A stretch of DNA of 40,058 nt from the IMG/VR virus record IMGVR_UViG_3300028456_000007, one strand, 5' to 3'. Below the pieces are notes generated by a model. The model saw nothing but the letters and a program-made list of their open reading frames with translations. It searched no databases and was not told the origin of the DNA. Below, in pieces: positions 8,247 to 16,882 of this stretch (positions within the stretch are counted from its first letter, which is position 1; the number at the start of each line of letters is the position of its first letter). This DNA comes from a virus (Duplodnaviria; Heunggongvirae; Uroviricota; Caudoviricetes). Position numbers and translations under genes: made by a program.

Positions 8247-8467
8247 TCCGGAATATTTTCAAACGTTTTACCAATCAGACTTTCCGTTGTCCTCGTCCGG
8301 GTCAGTGGTACACCACGCCTGCAGGGCATGTTCTACGTGTTAGCCTGGTTGACCGTGAATGTCAGAAGGTGGTTTGTGAACCGCTGGGCCGTAATTACCG
8401 CGTCAGTATGCCGCTTATAGCCTTTCGCTCCAGAAAAAACATGAAGCATCTCGGAGGTGCAGCATGA
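8243..8467 (+). CDS. hypothetical protein
   Basis: 74-aa ORF with ATGA coupling to upstream and downstream genes. Confidence 0.4.
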   Translation: MIRNIFKRFTNQTFRCPRPGQWYTTPAGHVLRVSLVDRECQKVVCEPLGRNYRVSMPLIAFRSRKNMKHLGGAA

Positions 8468-9282
8468 GTATGGAGCTGATGGTTAAAGCGATGAAAATTC
8501 GAGTGGGTAATCCATTGCGAAAACTGGTTCTGATCAAGCTGGCTGATAATGCCAGCGATCAGGGTGAGTGCTGGCCCAGCTACCAGCATATTGCTGACCA
8601 GTGCGAGATTAGCAAACGTTCTGTGATGAATCATATTGCGGCCCTTTGTGATTCCGGGCTGGTAAAAAAAGTCACCCGGAAAGGTGAAAAAGGTAACTCA
8701 AGTAATATCTATCTCCTTCATCTTGATGGTGCAGGAGATTCACTAGGGGGTAGTGCAAATAATTCACTATCTGGTGCAGCAAATTCACCAGGTAGTGCAG
8801 GAGTTGCACCAGGGGGTGGTGCAGGAGATTCACCCAGAACCAGTCACTCTTTTGAACCAGTCAAAGAACCAGTCAATGAACCAATAGCTGTTGGTGCATC
8901 TGCTGATGAGTCCGTGCGAGTTCGTTCAAACCGACCGGAATACTCTCCGGAGTTTGAGCAGGCATGGCTGGCATACCCCAAACGTGCTGGTGGCAATTCA
9001 AAATCTGCAGCCTTCAAAGCCTGGAAAGCCCGTTTGAATGAGGGGGTAAAACCCGAAACCATGCTGGAAGGTGTGAAACGCTACGCGGGCTGGGTATCTG
9101 CGATGGGTAACAGCGGCACACAATTTGTGAAACAGGCTGTCACGTTCTTTGGTCCGGATCGTCATTTCGAAGAATCCTGGGAAGTTCCTGCGGTATCTGC
9201 AGCCAGACGCGAGGACCCGTACTTCAAAGCCAGTTACGACAACGTGGACTACAGCCAGATCCCGGCAGGATTCAGGGGGTGA
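8464..9282 (+). CDS. replication initiation protein (N-terminal winged-helix domain, O-like)
   Basis: N-terminal LRKLVLIKLADNASDQGECWPSYQHIADQCEISKRSVMNHIAAL resembles phage replication-protein HTH domains; Gly/Ser linker encoded by iteron-like repeats. Confidence 0.5.
   Translation: MSMELMVKAMKIRVGNPLRKLVLIKLADNASDQGECWPSYQHIADQCEISKRSVMNHIAALCDSGLVKKVTRKGEKGNSSNIYLLHLDGAGDSLGGSANNSLSGAANSPGSAGVAPGGGAGDSPRTSHSFEPVKEPVNEPIAVGASADESVRVRSNRPEYSPEFEQAWLAYPKRAGGNSKSAAFKAWKARLNEGVKPETMLEGVKRYAGWVSAMGNSGTQFVKQAVTFFGPDRHFEESWEVPAVSAARREDPYFKASYDNVDYSQIPAGFRG
8728..8875. repeat. iteron-like direct repeats inside replication gene (candidate ori)
   Basis: five 16-bp near-palindromic units (GGTGCAGGAGATTCAC type) at 8728, 8752, 8773, 8794, 8818 with 21-24 bp spacing, then three perfect GAACCAGTCA copies at 8837, 8854, 8866. 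Confidence 0.45.
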
Positions 9283-9284
9283 TC

Positions 9285-9773
9285 ATGAGTCTTTTGAATG
9301 AAGTTCAGAAATTCATTGAAGCCCATCCGGGGTGTACTTCCGGAGACATTGCGGATGCTTTTGCAGGTTACTCACGGCAGCGCGTTCTGCAGTCAGCAAG
9401 CAAGTTACGTCAGAGTGGGCGTGTGGCTCACCGTTGTGAAGGGGATACACGCAGACATTTCCCGCGCCTGACTGAGAGAGCGCAGGAGCCGGAACCACAA
9501 CCAGTTCGTGAAACCAGACCTGTGCGCAATTTCTATGTCGGCACTAACGATCCCCGGGTGATTTTGTGCCTGACCCGCCAGGCGGAAGAACTGGAGTCCA
9601 GGGGCTTATACCGTCGTGCTGCAACGGTGTGGATGGCGGCATTCCGTGAAAGCCACTCCCAGCCAGAACGAAACAATTTTCTGGCGCGTCGTGAGCAGTG
9701 TTTACGGAAAAGCAGCAAGCGCGCTGTATCGGGTGATGAGTGGTATCTGTCAGGGAATTACGTGGGGGCTTAA
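9285..9773 (+). CDS. PerC/Pch-like transcriptional regulator family protein with N-terminal extension
   Basis: C-terminal AEELESRGLYRRAATVWMAAF ... ARREQCLRK matches PerC-family pattern as recalled; ATG 9285 after GTG 9279. Confidence 0.45.
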   Translation: MSLLNEVQKFIEAHPGCTSGDIADAFAGYSRQRVLQSASKLRQSGRVAHRCEGDTRRHFPRLTERAQEPEPQPVRETRPVRNFYVGTNDPRVILCLTRQAEELESRGLYRRAATVWMAAFRESHSQPERNNFLARREQCLRKSSKRAVSGDEWYLSGNYVGA

Positions 9774-10426
9774 TGAGTAATAAATATTGCCAGGCGCTGG
9801 TGGAGCTGCGGAATAAACCAGCCCATGAACTGAAGGAAGTGGGCGATCAGTGGCGCACGCCGGATAACATTTTCTGGGGAATTAACACCCTGTTTGGCCC
9901 GTTTGTTCTGGATCTGTTCACTGATGGTGATAACGCCAAATGTGCCGCTTATTACACTGCGGAAGACAACGCGCTGGCGCATGACTGGTCTGAACGTCTT
10001 GCGGAGCTTAAAGGTGCTGCCTTTGGTAATCCCCCGTACAGCCGCGCCAGTCAGCATGAAGGGCAATACATCACCGGCATGCGTTACATCATGAAGCATG
10101 CCAGTGCCATGCGTGATAAGGGCGGACGCTATGTTTTCCTGATCAAAGCTGCCACCAGCGAAGTGTGGTGGCCGGAAGATGCAGATCATATTGCTTTTAT
10201 TCGCGGGCGTATTGGTTTTGAACTGCCTGCCTGGTTTATCCCGAAGGACGAGAAGCAGGTGCCGACAGGCGCTTTCTTCGCTGGTGCTATTGCTGTTTTC
10301 GACAAGACCTGGAAGGGACCGGCAATCAGCTACATCGGGCGCGATGAACTTGAGGCATGTGGTGAGGCGTTTCTGGCGCAGGTTCGCCAGCAGGCAGAAA
10401 AACTGGTCAGGGAGATGGCGGCATGA
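9773..10426 (+). CDS. phage DNA N6-adenine methyltransferase (Dam-like)
   Basis: NPPY motif (FGNPPYS) and WRTPDNIFWGINTLFGPFVLD N-terminal pattern; ATG 9773 overlaps upstream stop. Confidence 0.8.
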   Translation: MSNKYCQALVELRNKPAHELKEVGDQWRTPDNIFWGINTLFGPFVLDLFTDGDNAKCAAYYTAEDNALAHDWSERLAELKGAAFGNPPYSRASQHEGQYITGMRYIMKHASAMRDKGGRYVFLIKAATSEVWWPEDADHIAFIRGRIGFELPAWFIPKDEKQVPTGAFFAGAIAVFDKTWKGPAISYIGRDELEACGEAFLAQVRQQAEKLVREMAA

Positions 10427-10749
10427 CGACGTTAACTCAATGCCAGCAGCAGGTGCTGGATATGCTGATTTCTTATCAGAAAGAACGTGGCTTCCCGCCA
10501 ACCAATCAGGAGGTGGCAACCATGCTGGGATACCGTTCGGTGAATGCAGCGGTGGAGCATCTTCGCGCACTGGAGAAAAAAGGCGTCATCACGATAAAGC
10601 GTGGCGTGGCCCGGGGGATAACGCTTCATACCGCGGTGAAGGACGACGACAGCGAGGCGGTCGGGATTATCCGCGCACTGCTTGCCGGTGAGGAAAACGC
10701 CAGGCTGCGTGCAACCCACTGGTTACATGAGAGGGACCTGAAAGTATGA
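10423..10749 (+). CDS. LexA N-terminal DNA-binding-domain homolog lacking S24 peptidase domain
   Basis: LTQCQQQVLDMLISYQKERGFPPTNQEVATMLGYRSVNAAVEHLRALEKKGVI aligns closely with LexA residues ~1-70 (winged HTH); only 108 aa, no Ser/Lys peptidase region. Confidence 0.6.
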   Translation: MTTLTQCQQQVLDMLISYQKERGFPPTNQEVATMLGYRSVNAAVEHLRALEKKGVITIKRGVARGITLHTAVKDDDSEAVGIIRALLAGEENARLRATHWLHERDLKV

Positions 10750-11135
10750 AGCTGATCCTGCCTTTTCCGCCCAGCGTGAACACGTACTGGCGACACCCCA
10801 ACAAAGGGGCGTTTGCTGGTAAGAGCCTGATAAGCGCGGCGGGGCGCAAATTCCAGAGCGCGGCGTGTGCAGCAATAGTTGAGCAGTTACGTCGTCTGCC
10901 AAAACCAACGTCGGCACCTGCTTCAGTGGAGATCGTGTTGTTTCCTCCTGATAACAGGATCCGCGATCTGGACAACTATAACAAGGCACTGTTTGACGCC
11001 CTGACACACGCGGGTGTGTGGGAAGACGACAGCCAGGTGAAAAGAATGCTGGTGGAGTGGGGACCGGTTATCCCGGAAGGGAAGGTCGAGATCACTATCA
11101 GTAAGTACGAGAAAACGGCGGGTGCAGCCGCCTGA
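10746..11135 (+). CDS. rusA: RusA-family Holliday junction resolvase
   Basis: MKLILPFPPSVNTYWRH N-terminus and length typical of RusA. Confidence 0.85.
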   Translation: MKLILPFPPSVNTYWRHPNKGAFAGKSLISAAGRKFQSAACAAIVEQLRRLPKPTSAPASVEIVLFPPDNRIRDLDNYNKALFDALTHAGVWEDDSQVKRMLVEWGPVIPEGKVEITISKYEKTAGAAA

Positions 11136-11154
11136 TTAAGAGGAGAAACGAAGT

Positions 11155-11964
11155 ATGAATAATCTGATGGTCATTGATGGTATTGAAGTTCGTCGTGATG
11201 CTTATGGGCGTTACAGCCTGAACGATCTGCATCGCGCAGCAGTAGCATCTGGTGCAAATGCCAGAACCAAGGAGCCAGGAAAGTTTCTTTCCAGCCAACA
11301 AACTGTTGAGCTTGTTCATGAATTGACCAACACCCAGAATTTGGGTGTTGACCCGGTGAGTGTGATTCATGGGGGAAATGAACGGGGAACGTATGTCTGT
11401 AAGGAACTGGTGTATGCCTATGCAATGTGGATCAGCCCGTCATTCCATCTGAAGGTGATCCGTACTTTCGACATGGTAACCAGCGCACCGGAAAAATTAT
11501 CCGGACAGGCTGCTGACAAGATGCAGGCTGGTGTGATTCTGCTGGACTTTATGCGCCGGGAATTAAACCTGTCTAACTCTTCAGTGCTTGGTGCCTGTCA
11601 GAAACTCCAGGAGGCTGTTGGCTTACCGAATCTGGCACCGCGCTATGCCATTGATGCTCCTGCTGATGCACACGATGGCTCAAGTCGCCCGACACTGTCA
11701 CTGAGTGCACTGCTGAAACAGTATGGTATCCGCCTGACGGCTAATCAGGCATATCACCAGATGGCGAAGCTGGGGATCGTTGAACAACGCGAACGATACA
11801 GCCGTACCGCGATTAACAACATCAAAAAATTCTGGTCGCTGACAGCGAAAGGCTGCATGTTCGGCAAGAACATCACCAGTCCCGCAAATCCGCGCGAGAC
11901 GCAGCCGCATTTCTTCGAATCCCGATTCCCTGAGCTGTTAAAGCTGCTCGATACCGTTCATTGA
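11155..11964 (+). CDS. KilA-N domain protein (antirepressor-like)
   Basis: N-terminal VIDGIEVRRDAYGRYSLNDLHRAA ... VCKELVYAYAMWISP pattern of KilA-N domain. Confidence 0.65.
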   Translation: MNNLMVIDGIEVRRDAYGRYSLNDLHRAAVASGANARTKEPGKFLSSQQTVELVHELTNTQNLGVDPVSVIHGGNERGTYVCKELVYAYAMWISPSFHLKVIRTFDMVTSAPEKLSGQAADKMQAGVILLDFMRRELNLSNSSVLGACQKLQEAVGLPNLAPRYAIDAPADAHDGSSRPTLSLSALLKQYGIRLTANQAYHQMAKLGIVEQRERYSRTAINNIKKFWSLTAKGCMFGKNITSPANPRETQPHFFESRFPELLKLLDTVH

Positions 11965-11965
11965 G

Positions 11966-12961
11966 GTGACCGTGAGAGCACTACTGACCCCTGAAATTGC
12001 CCCGCGTATGGGGATCGTATTGTTCAGGCCAGGTTCAGAGCTGATGCCCCTGTTTATGCAGGGGCGTGTCCTGCTGGAGCCTGAGCCGGAGCGTTATTCA
12101 TCTTTCGCCAGTGGTGCCGTTCCCGCGGCATCACAACCGCTGGCGGATGATCCTGCTGTTCGGGCCGTGTTCCGCAATGAGGCAGTGATCCGTCGTGCTG
12201 GTGGCGTGGAATGTCTTGAAAGCTGGTTACTTCGTGAAAAAGGCTGCCAGTGGCCTCATTCCGACTGGCACAGCGAGAACATGACCACAATGCGACACGC
12301 TCCGGGCGCAATCCGTCTGTGCTGGCACTGTGATAACCAGCTGCGCGATCAGTTCACGGAGCGGCTGGAATCAATGGCAACGGATAACTGTGCCCGCTGG
12401 GTGTTGTCTGTTGTGCGTCGGGATCTCGGTTTTGATGATAGTCACGTTGTGACAATGCCGGAACTGTGCTGGTGGCTGATTCGTAATGACCTGGCGGATG
12501 CCTTACCGGAAAGTGCAGCCCGTAAGGCACTGAGATTACCAAAGCCTGTTGTGCCGTCTGTCACCCGGGAGAGTGACCTTGTTCCTTCGGTTCCTGCCAC
12601 CAGCATTATCCAGGATAAAGCGAAAAAGGTGCTGGAGCTGAAAGTGGATCCGGAGTCGCCGGAGTCTTTTATGTTACGCCCTAAACGTCGCCGCTGGGTT
12701 AACGAAAAGTACACGCGCTGGGTTAAGACGCAGCCGTGTGCATGTTGTGGAAAGCCTGCTGATGATCCCCACCACCTGATAGGTCACGGTCAGGGTGGAA
12801 TGGGTACAAAAGCGCATGACCTCTTTGTGTTGCCTTTGTGCAGAAAGCATCACGACGAGCTGCATGCGGATACCGTGGCATTTGAAGAGAAGTATGGCTC
12901 CCAGTTGGAGCTGATATTTCGTTTTATCGATCGTGCGCTGGCAATAGGCGTACTGGCGTAA
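11966..12961 (+). CDS. DUF968-like nin-region protein with C-terminal HNH-like Cys/His cluster
   Basis: C-terminal CACCGKPADDPHHLIGHG ... LPLCRKHHDELH; GTG start at 11966 uncertain. Confidence 0.45.
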   Translation: MTVRALLTPEIAPRMGIVLFRPGSELMPLFMQGRVLLEPEPERYSSFASGAVPAASQPLADDPAVRAVFRNEAVIRRAGGVECLESWLLREKGCQWPHSDWHSENMTTMRHAPGAIRLCWHCDNQLRDQFTERLESMATDNCARWVLSVVRRDLGFDDSHVVTMPELCWWLIRNDLADALPESAARKALRLPKPVVPSVTRESDLVPSVPATSIIQDKAKKVLELKVDPESPESFMLRPKRRRWVNEKYTRWVKTQPCACCGKPADDPHHLIGHGQGGMGTKAHDLFVLPLCRKHHDELHADTVAFEEKYGSQLELIFRFIDRALAIGVLA

Positions 12962-12974
12962 GTGGAGAACGAGC

Positions 12975-13727
12975 ATGAACCTTGAAGCCTTACCGAAATA
13001 TTACTCCCCGAAATCTCCAAAACTGAGCGATGACGCACCGGCGACAGGCTCTGGTGGTTTAACAATTACGGATGTGATGGCTGCGCAGGGGATGGTGCAG
13101 TCGAAAGCACCGCTTGGGTTTGCCTTATTCCTGGCAAAAGTTGGTGTTCAGGATCCTCAGTTTGCGATTGAAGGTCTGCTCAATTACGCGATGGCACTGG
13201 ATAACCCGACATTGAATAAATTGAGTGAAGAAACCCGGCTACAGATCATTCCTTACCTTGTGAATTTTGCCTTTGCTGATTATTCCAGGTCTGCGGCAAG
13301 TAAGGCTCGCTGTGAGCATTGTGCTGGTACTGGATTTCATAATGTATTGCGCGAAGTGGTGAAACACTCCAGAAGCGGGGAATCTGTTATCAAGGAAGAG
13401 TGGGTGAAGGAACTATGTCAGCATTGTCATGGTAAGGGAGAAGTCAGCACAGCGTGTAGAGGGTGTAAGGGGAAAGGTATTGTACTGGATGAAAAAAGAA
13501 CCCGGCTTCATGGTGCGCCTGTTTATAAGATTTGTGGGCGTTGCAATGGAAACCGGTTTAGCCGTTTACCAACCACACTGGCGCGGCATCATGTCCAGAA
13601 GCTGGTACCGGACCTGACGGATTATCAGTGGTACAAAGGATATGCAGATGTCATTGATAAACTGGTTACAAAGTGCTGGCAGGAAGAAGCATATGCAGAG
13701 ACACAATTGAGAAAAGTGACAAGATAA
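12975..13727 (+). CDS. Q-like late gene antiterminator (zinc-finger type)
   Basis: CEHCAGTG...CQHCHGKG...CRGCKGKG...CGRCNG zinc-binding repeats; position just upstream of a short terminated leader and lysis genes. Confidence 0.65.
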   Translation: MNLEALPKYYSPKSPKLSDDAPATGSGGLTITDVMAAQGMVQSKAPLGFALFLAKVGVQDPQFAIEGLLNYAMALDNPTLNKLSEETRLQIIPYLVNFAFADYSRSAASKARCEHCAGTGFHNVLREVVKHSRSGESVIKEEWVKELCQHCHGKGEVSTACRGCKGKGIVLDEKRTRLHGAPVYKICGRCNGNRFSRLPTTLARHHVQKLVPDLTDYQWYKGYADVIDKLVTKCWQEEAYAETQLRKVTR

Positions 13728-13758
13728 ATGATTTTCGCCGAAGATGGCGACATGATGC

Positions 13759-13795
13759 TTGCATTTTTCAAAAAATATGGTTAGGATTCTCCTAA
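13759..13795 (+). promoter_or_regulatory. candidate late promoter region with 6-3-6 palindrome TTAGGATTCTCCTAA
   Basis: TTGCAT at 13759..13764; perfect inverted repeat 13781..13795; lies between Q gene and terminator. Confidence 0.3.
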
Positions 13796-13837
13796 CGATG
13801 GGCTTTGTATGTCTGCCGTTAACGAAATCATAACAAA

Positions 13838-13859
13838 CCTCGCTTCGGCGGGGTTTTTG
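13838..13859 (+). terminator. tR'-like rho-independent terminator downstream of Q
   Basis: stem CCUCGC/GCGGGG with UUCG tetraloop followed by TTTTT-G-CTTTT. Confidence 0.55.
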
Positions 13860-13877
13860 CTTTTCTGGAGGTCAATA

Positions 13878-14135
13878 ATGCAGGGCGAAAAGCAGCAGCC
13901 ATATTTTTTTAACCCTGGTATGACTGTTGAACAGCTTGAAGACTGGCTGGAGCAGCAAAAGCTTCATCTAAGCCGCTATAACCGTCTGGTAAAAGAAAAA
14001 GCAGAGCTTGAAGAACGGCTCAGTGATATTTCTGTGGAAATTGAACGAATGTCTGCTGGTGGTTTTAACGGAAAGTTGAGTTTCCCCTGGGAGTCAAGTT
14101 CGCTTCTGAGAAATCATCAACAGGGTAGTATTTGA
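13878..14135 (+). CDS. hypothetical coiled-coil protein at start of late operon
   Basis: GGAGG SD before ATG 13878 (ORF track start 13809 would span the terminator); 86 aa. Confidence 0.4.
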   Translation: MQGEKQQPYFFNPGMTVEQLEDWLEQQKLHLSRYNRLVKEKAELEERLSDISVEIERMSAGGFNGKLSFPWESSSLLRNHQQGSI

Positions 14136-14214
14136 CTGAAATAATAAACAGACTGTCATTAAGATCCCTTCCCCTCATATCTGAGAGGACCAACAGCAAT
14201 TAAGAGGGGGCTAA

Positions 14215-14601
14215 ATGTCCGATCCGATTTCCGGTACTGGGCTGGCTGGTGGTGCCCTGACGGGTGCCAGCGTTTATGGACTGCTGACCGGAACTGATTA
14301 CGGCGTTGTATTTGGCGCATTTGCAGGGGCTGTATTCTACATAGCAACAGCAGCAGATCTGAGTGCATCGCGCCGACTGGCATATTTTATCGTGTCATAT
14401 ATTGCCGGGATTCTTTGCTCTGGGTTGGTTGGCTCCAAGCTGGCGAACTTGACCGGATACAGTGATAAACCTCTGGATGCTATTGGTGCCGTAATCGTCT
14501 CTGCTTTAGCCGTTAAAATCCTGACGTTCCTGAATAATCAGGATATCGGCTCGCTGGTGGCGCTCATAACGCGCCGGGGAGGTTCAGGTGGAGCTAAATG
14601 A
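14215..14601 (+). CDS. putative holin (multi-TM, Gly/Ala-rich)
   Basis: hydrophobic segments, charged C-terminus, immediately upstream of endolysin. Confidence 0.55.
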   Translation: MSDPISGTGLAGGALTGASVYGLLTGTDYGVVFGAFAGAVFYIATAADLSASRRLAYFIVSYIAGILCSGLVGSKLANLTGYSDKPLDAIGAVIVSALAVKILTFLNNQDIGSLVALITRRGGSGGAK

Positions 14602-14869
14602 CCCGACAGCAACTATAAATGCGCTGTTATGTGCTTGTGTTGTTATTACTCTGATGTTTTATCGTCGTGGTGATTCGCGGCATCGTCCTTGGGTTTCACG
14701 TTTAGCCTGGCTGATTACTGTTACATACAGTGCTGTTCCGTTGGCCTATCTCTGTGGGATTTATCCCCATTCCTCATGGCCCATTATCGTGGCGAACACT
14801 ATTTTTCTTTCCGTGCTGGTGGCCGTCAGAGGCAACGTTGCACGTCTGGTTGATCATCTGAGGCACTAA
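14588..14869 (+). CDS. holin-like small membrane protein (second holin/antiholin candidate)
   Basis: 93 aa with 2-3 predicted TM segments, overlapping neighbours. Confidence 0.45.
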   Translation: MELNDPTATINALLCACVVITLMFYRRGDSRHRPWVSRLAWLITVTYSAVPLAYLCGIYPHSSWPIIVANTIFLSVLVAVRGNVARLVDHLRH

Positions 14870-15483
14870 TGAACCAACAATTATTTCAAAAGGCGGCTGG
14901 TATTAGCGCCGGGCTGGCTGCGCGCTGGTTTCCGCACATTGATGCGGCGATGAAGGAATTCGGCATTACAGCACCAGCGGATCAGGCAATGTTTATCGCT
15001 CAGGTAGGCCATGAGTCGATGGGGTTTAGCGCCGTAGTTGAAAATTTTAACTACACACCATCTGCGCTGGTGGCGACGTTCGGAAAGAGGATCACACAGC
15101 AGCAGGCTGATGCCCTTGGCAGAACATCCGGACATGCAGCTCGTCAGGATGCTATTGCCAATCTGGTGTATAGCAACCGACTGGGTAACAAAGCACCAGG
15201 TGATGGCTGGAAATATCGTGGTAGAGGATTAATTCAAATCACTGGCCTCCATAATTATCGCATCTGTGGCGCGGCGCTGAAGTTAGATCTGGTGACTTCA
15301 CCTGAACAACTGGAACAGGAACTACAGGCTGCGCGCTCAGCTGCATGGTTCTACACCTCTAAAGGTTGCATGATCTACGGTGCCGATATTAACCGTGTTA
15401 CGCGCATCATTAACGGCGGTTTGAACGGTATTGAGGATCGTAAGGTCCGATACAACAAGGCGCGGGCGGCGCTGCTGGTATGA
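14869..15483 (+). CDS. endolysin, glycoside hydrolase family 19-like lysozyme
   Basis: FIAQVGHESMGF ... YRGRGLIQITGLHNY ... WFYTSKG motifs typical of GH19 phage lysozymes. Confidence 0.85.
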   Translation: MNQQLFQKAAGISAGLAARWFPHIDAAMKEFGITAPADQAMFIAQVGHESMGFSAVVENFNYTPSALVATFGKRITQQQADALGRTSGHAARQDAIANLVYSNRLGNKAPGDGWKYRGRGLIQITGLHNYRICGAALKLDLVTSPEQLEQELQAARSAAWFYTSKGCMIYGADINRVTRIINGGLNGIEDRKVRYNKARAALLV

Positions 15484-15872
15484 AGATGAGTTATTGGGCG
15501 CTCATTTTAACGTTTATTGCTTGTGTCGCTGGTGGTCTTGTCTGGTCAGCGAATCACTATCATGGAAAGTTTCTGAAGGAGCAGAAGCGTGCTGATGCTG
15601 CGGAACAGCGAGCTGATTCTACTGAGGCTATCACCGCGAATGTTCTGCGTACTATGGCAATAACGAACATCATTCAGGAGGCGAATCAACATGCAAAACA
15701 GCAGATCGCACTGGAGTCACAGAGAACCCAGGAAGATATCAAAGTGGCTGTTGCGGATGATGATTGTGCTTCACGTCCTGTGCCTGCTGCCGCTGCTGAC
15801 CGGTTGCGGAAGTACGCGAACAGTTTACGTCCAGGTTCCGGTAGTTCCGTTACCAGCCAGCCTGACGGCTGA
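15480..15872 (+). CDS. Rz-like i-spanin
   Basis: N-terminal TM helix then coiled-coil periplasmic domain; ATGA coupling to endolysin. Confidence 0.65.
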   Translation: MKMSYWALILTFIACVAGGLVWSANHYHGKFLKEQKRADAAEQRADSTEAITANVLRTMAITNIIQEANQHAKQQIALESQRTQEDIKVAVADDDCASRPVPAAAADRLRKYANSLRPGSGSSVTSQPDG

Positions 15873-16026
15873 ACCCCCTCAGCCTGATTTACCTGATCAT
15901 TTTACGTGGGGCTCGAGCTTAGATCTGAATGTCGCCTTGTTGTCTGCATTGGCGCAGTGTAATACCGATAAAGCTGACATCAGAAGGATTGAAGTTGAGC
16001 GTGGTCACATCATGCAAAAAAAATGA
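15757..16026 (+). CDS. Rz1-like o-spanin lipoprotein (overlapping Rz in +1 frame)
   Basis: lipobox LLTGC, proline-rich mature region; starts inside Rz and extends past its stop. Confidence 0.6.
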   Translation: MMIVLHVLCLLPLLTGCGSTRTVYVQVPVVPLPASLTAEPPQPDLPDHFTWGSSLDLNVALLSALAQCNTDKADIRRIEVERGHIMQKK

Positions 16027-16118
16027 TGTTAACTTTGTTTTGTTCCTTGATTTGATATGTGATGGCCCAATAGATACAAAGCACCTGATTTTGGTGACTC
16101 TTTTAAAGGGCTTTACAC

Positions 16119-16439
16119 ATGAAAGATGGTATCTATTTTGTTGTTTTCAGAAGCAATCAACGTGATTTTGGTAATGGTACCGTAGTTGTCAAAAACAATG
16201 CAGTAAACGGCGGAGATTTTGGTTTTACGTATCAGGGAAAAATTGACGGTAGCCAACTTATTCTGCGCGTATCGCAGCATGATTTAAATGTCACCTCGGT
16301 TTTCCCTGGGGTAAAGAACTTTGAATTGAGTCTTTCTTTGCAGGAACGAGGACGTGATTACCTGTTAAATGGATCTGTGGTCGGAATGCCTCAGATGCAA
16401 ATTTCAATTAGTGCAAAATACATTGGTGATCTGATTTAG
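16119..16439 (+). CDS. hypothetical protein (moron between lysis and packaging genes)
   Basis: 106-aa AT-rich ORF with its own downstream terminator. Confidence 0.45.
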   Translation: MKDGIYFVVFRSNQRDFGNGTVVVKNNAVNGGDFGFTYQGKIDGSQLILRVSQHDLNVTSVFPGVKNFELSLSLQERGRDYLLNGSVVGMPQMQISISAKYIGDLI

Positions 16440-16460
16440 TTTATCGAGATGATAATTGAA

Positions 16461-16480
16461 CCGCCTCCGGGCGGTTTTTT
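16461..16480 (+). terminator. rho-independent terminator
   Basis: CCGCC-TCCG-GGCGG hairpin followed by T6. Confidence 0.6.
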
Positions 16481-16531
16481 ATTGCCATTTCTATGGTCTG
16501 TTCCATCGTAATAACTTAAAGGGAAGCATTA

Positions 16532-16882
16532 ATGCCGCCACGAACCCCGAAAGCCTGCCGTGTTCGCGGCTGCCGCCATACCACTACTGACCCTTCAGGC
16601 TACTGCGAAAGCCACAAAAGCGAAGGCTGGAAGCAATACAAACCTGGACAATCCCGTCATCAGCGCGGCTACGGTTCGAAGTGGGACAGTATCCGCGCGC
16701 GTGTTCTGAAGCGTGACAAAGGCCTGTGTCAGTTATGTCTGCGTGCTGGTGTGGTGCGTGAGGCGAAAACTGTTGACCACATCATCCCTAAAGCGCATGG
16801 CGGCACTGATGCTGACAGTAATCTGCAGAGTCTGTGCTGGCCGTGTCATAAGGCGAAGACGGCCCGTGAACGGTTAAAGTGA
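16532..16882 (+). CDS. HNH endonuclease (packaging-associated)
   Basis: CxxC ... DHIIPKAHGGTDADSNLQSLCWPCH motif; immediately upstream of terminase genes. Confidence 0.85.
   Translation: MPPRTPKACRVRGCRHTTTDPSGYCESHKSEGWKQYKPGQSRHQRGYGSKWDSIRARVLKRDKGLCQLCLRAGVVREAKTVDHIIPKAHGGTDADSNLQSLCWPCHKAKTARERLK

Noticed and set aside
8728-8875. Short direct repeats as a possible CRISPR array
   Set aside because: Units are 10-16 bp, imperfect, lie inside a coding sequence and have no spacer structure or cas genes; interpreted as ori iterons.
9770-10570. 266-aa reverse-strand ORF
   Set aside because: Antisense to the methyltransferase and LexA-like genes, which have clear motifs on the forward strand; low-complexity translation typical of a shadow ORF in GC-rich coding DNA.
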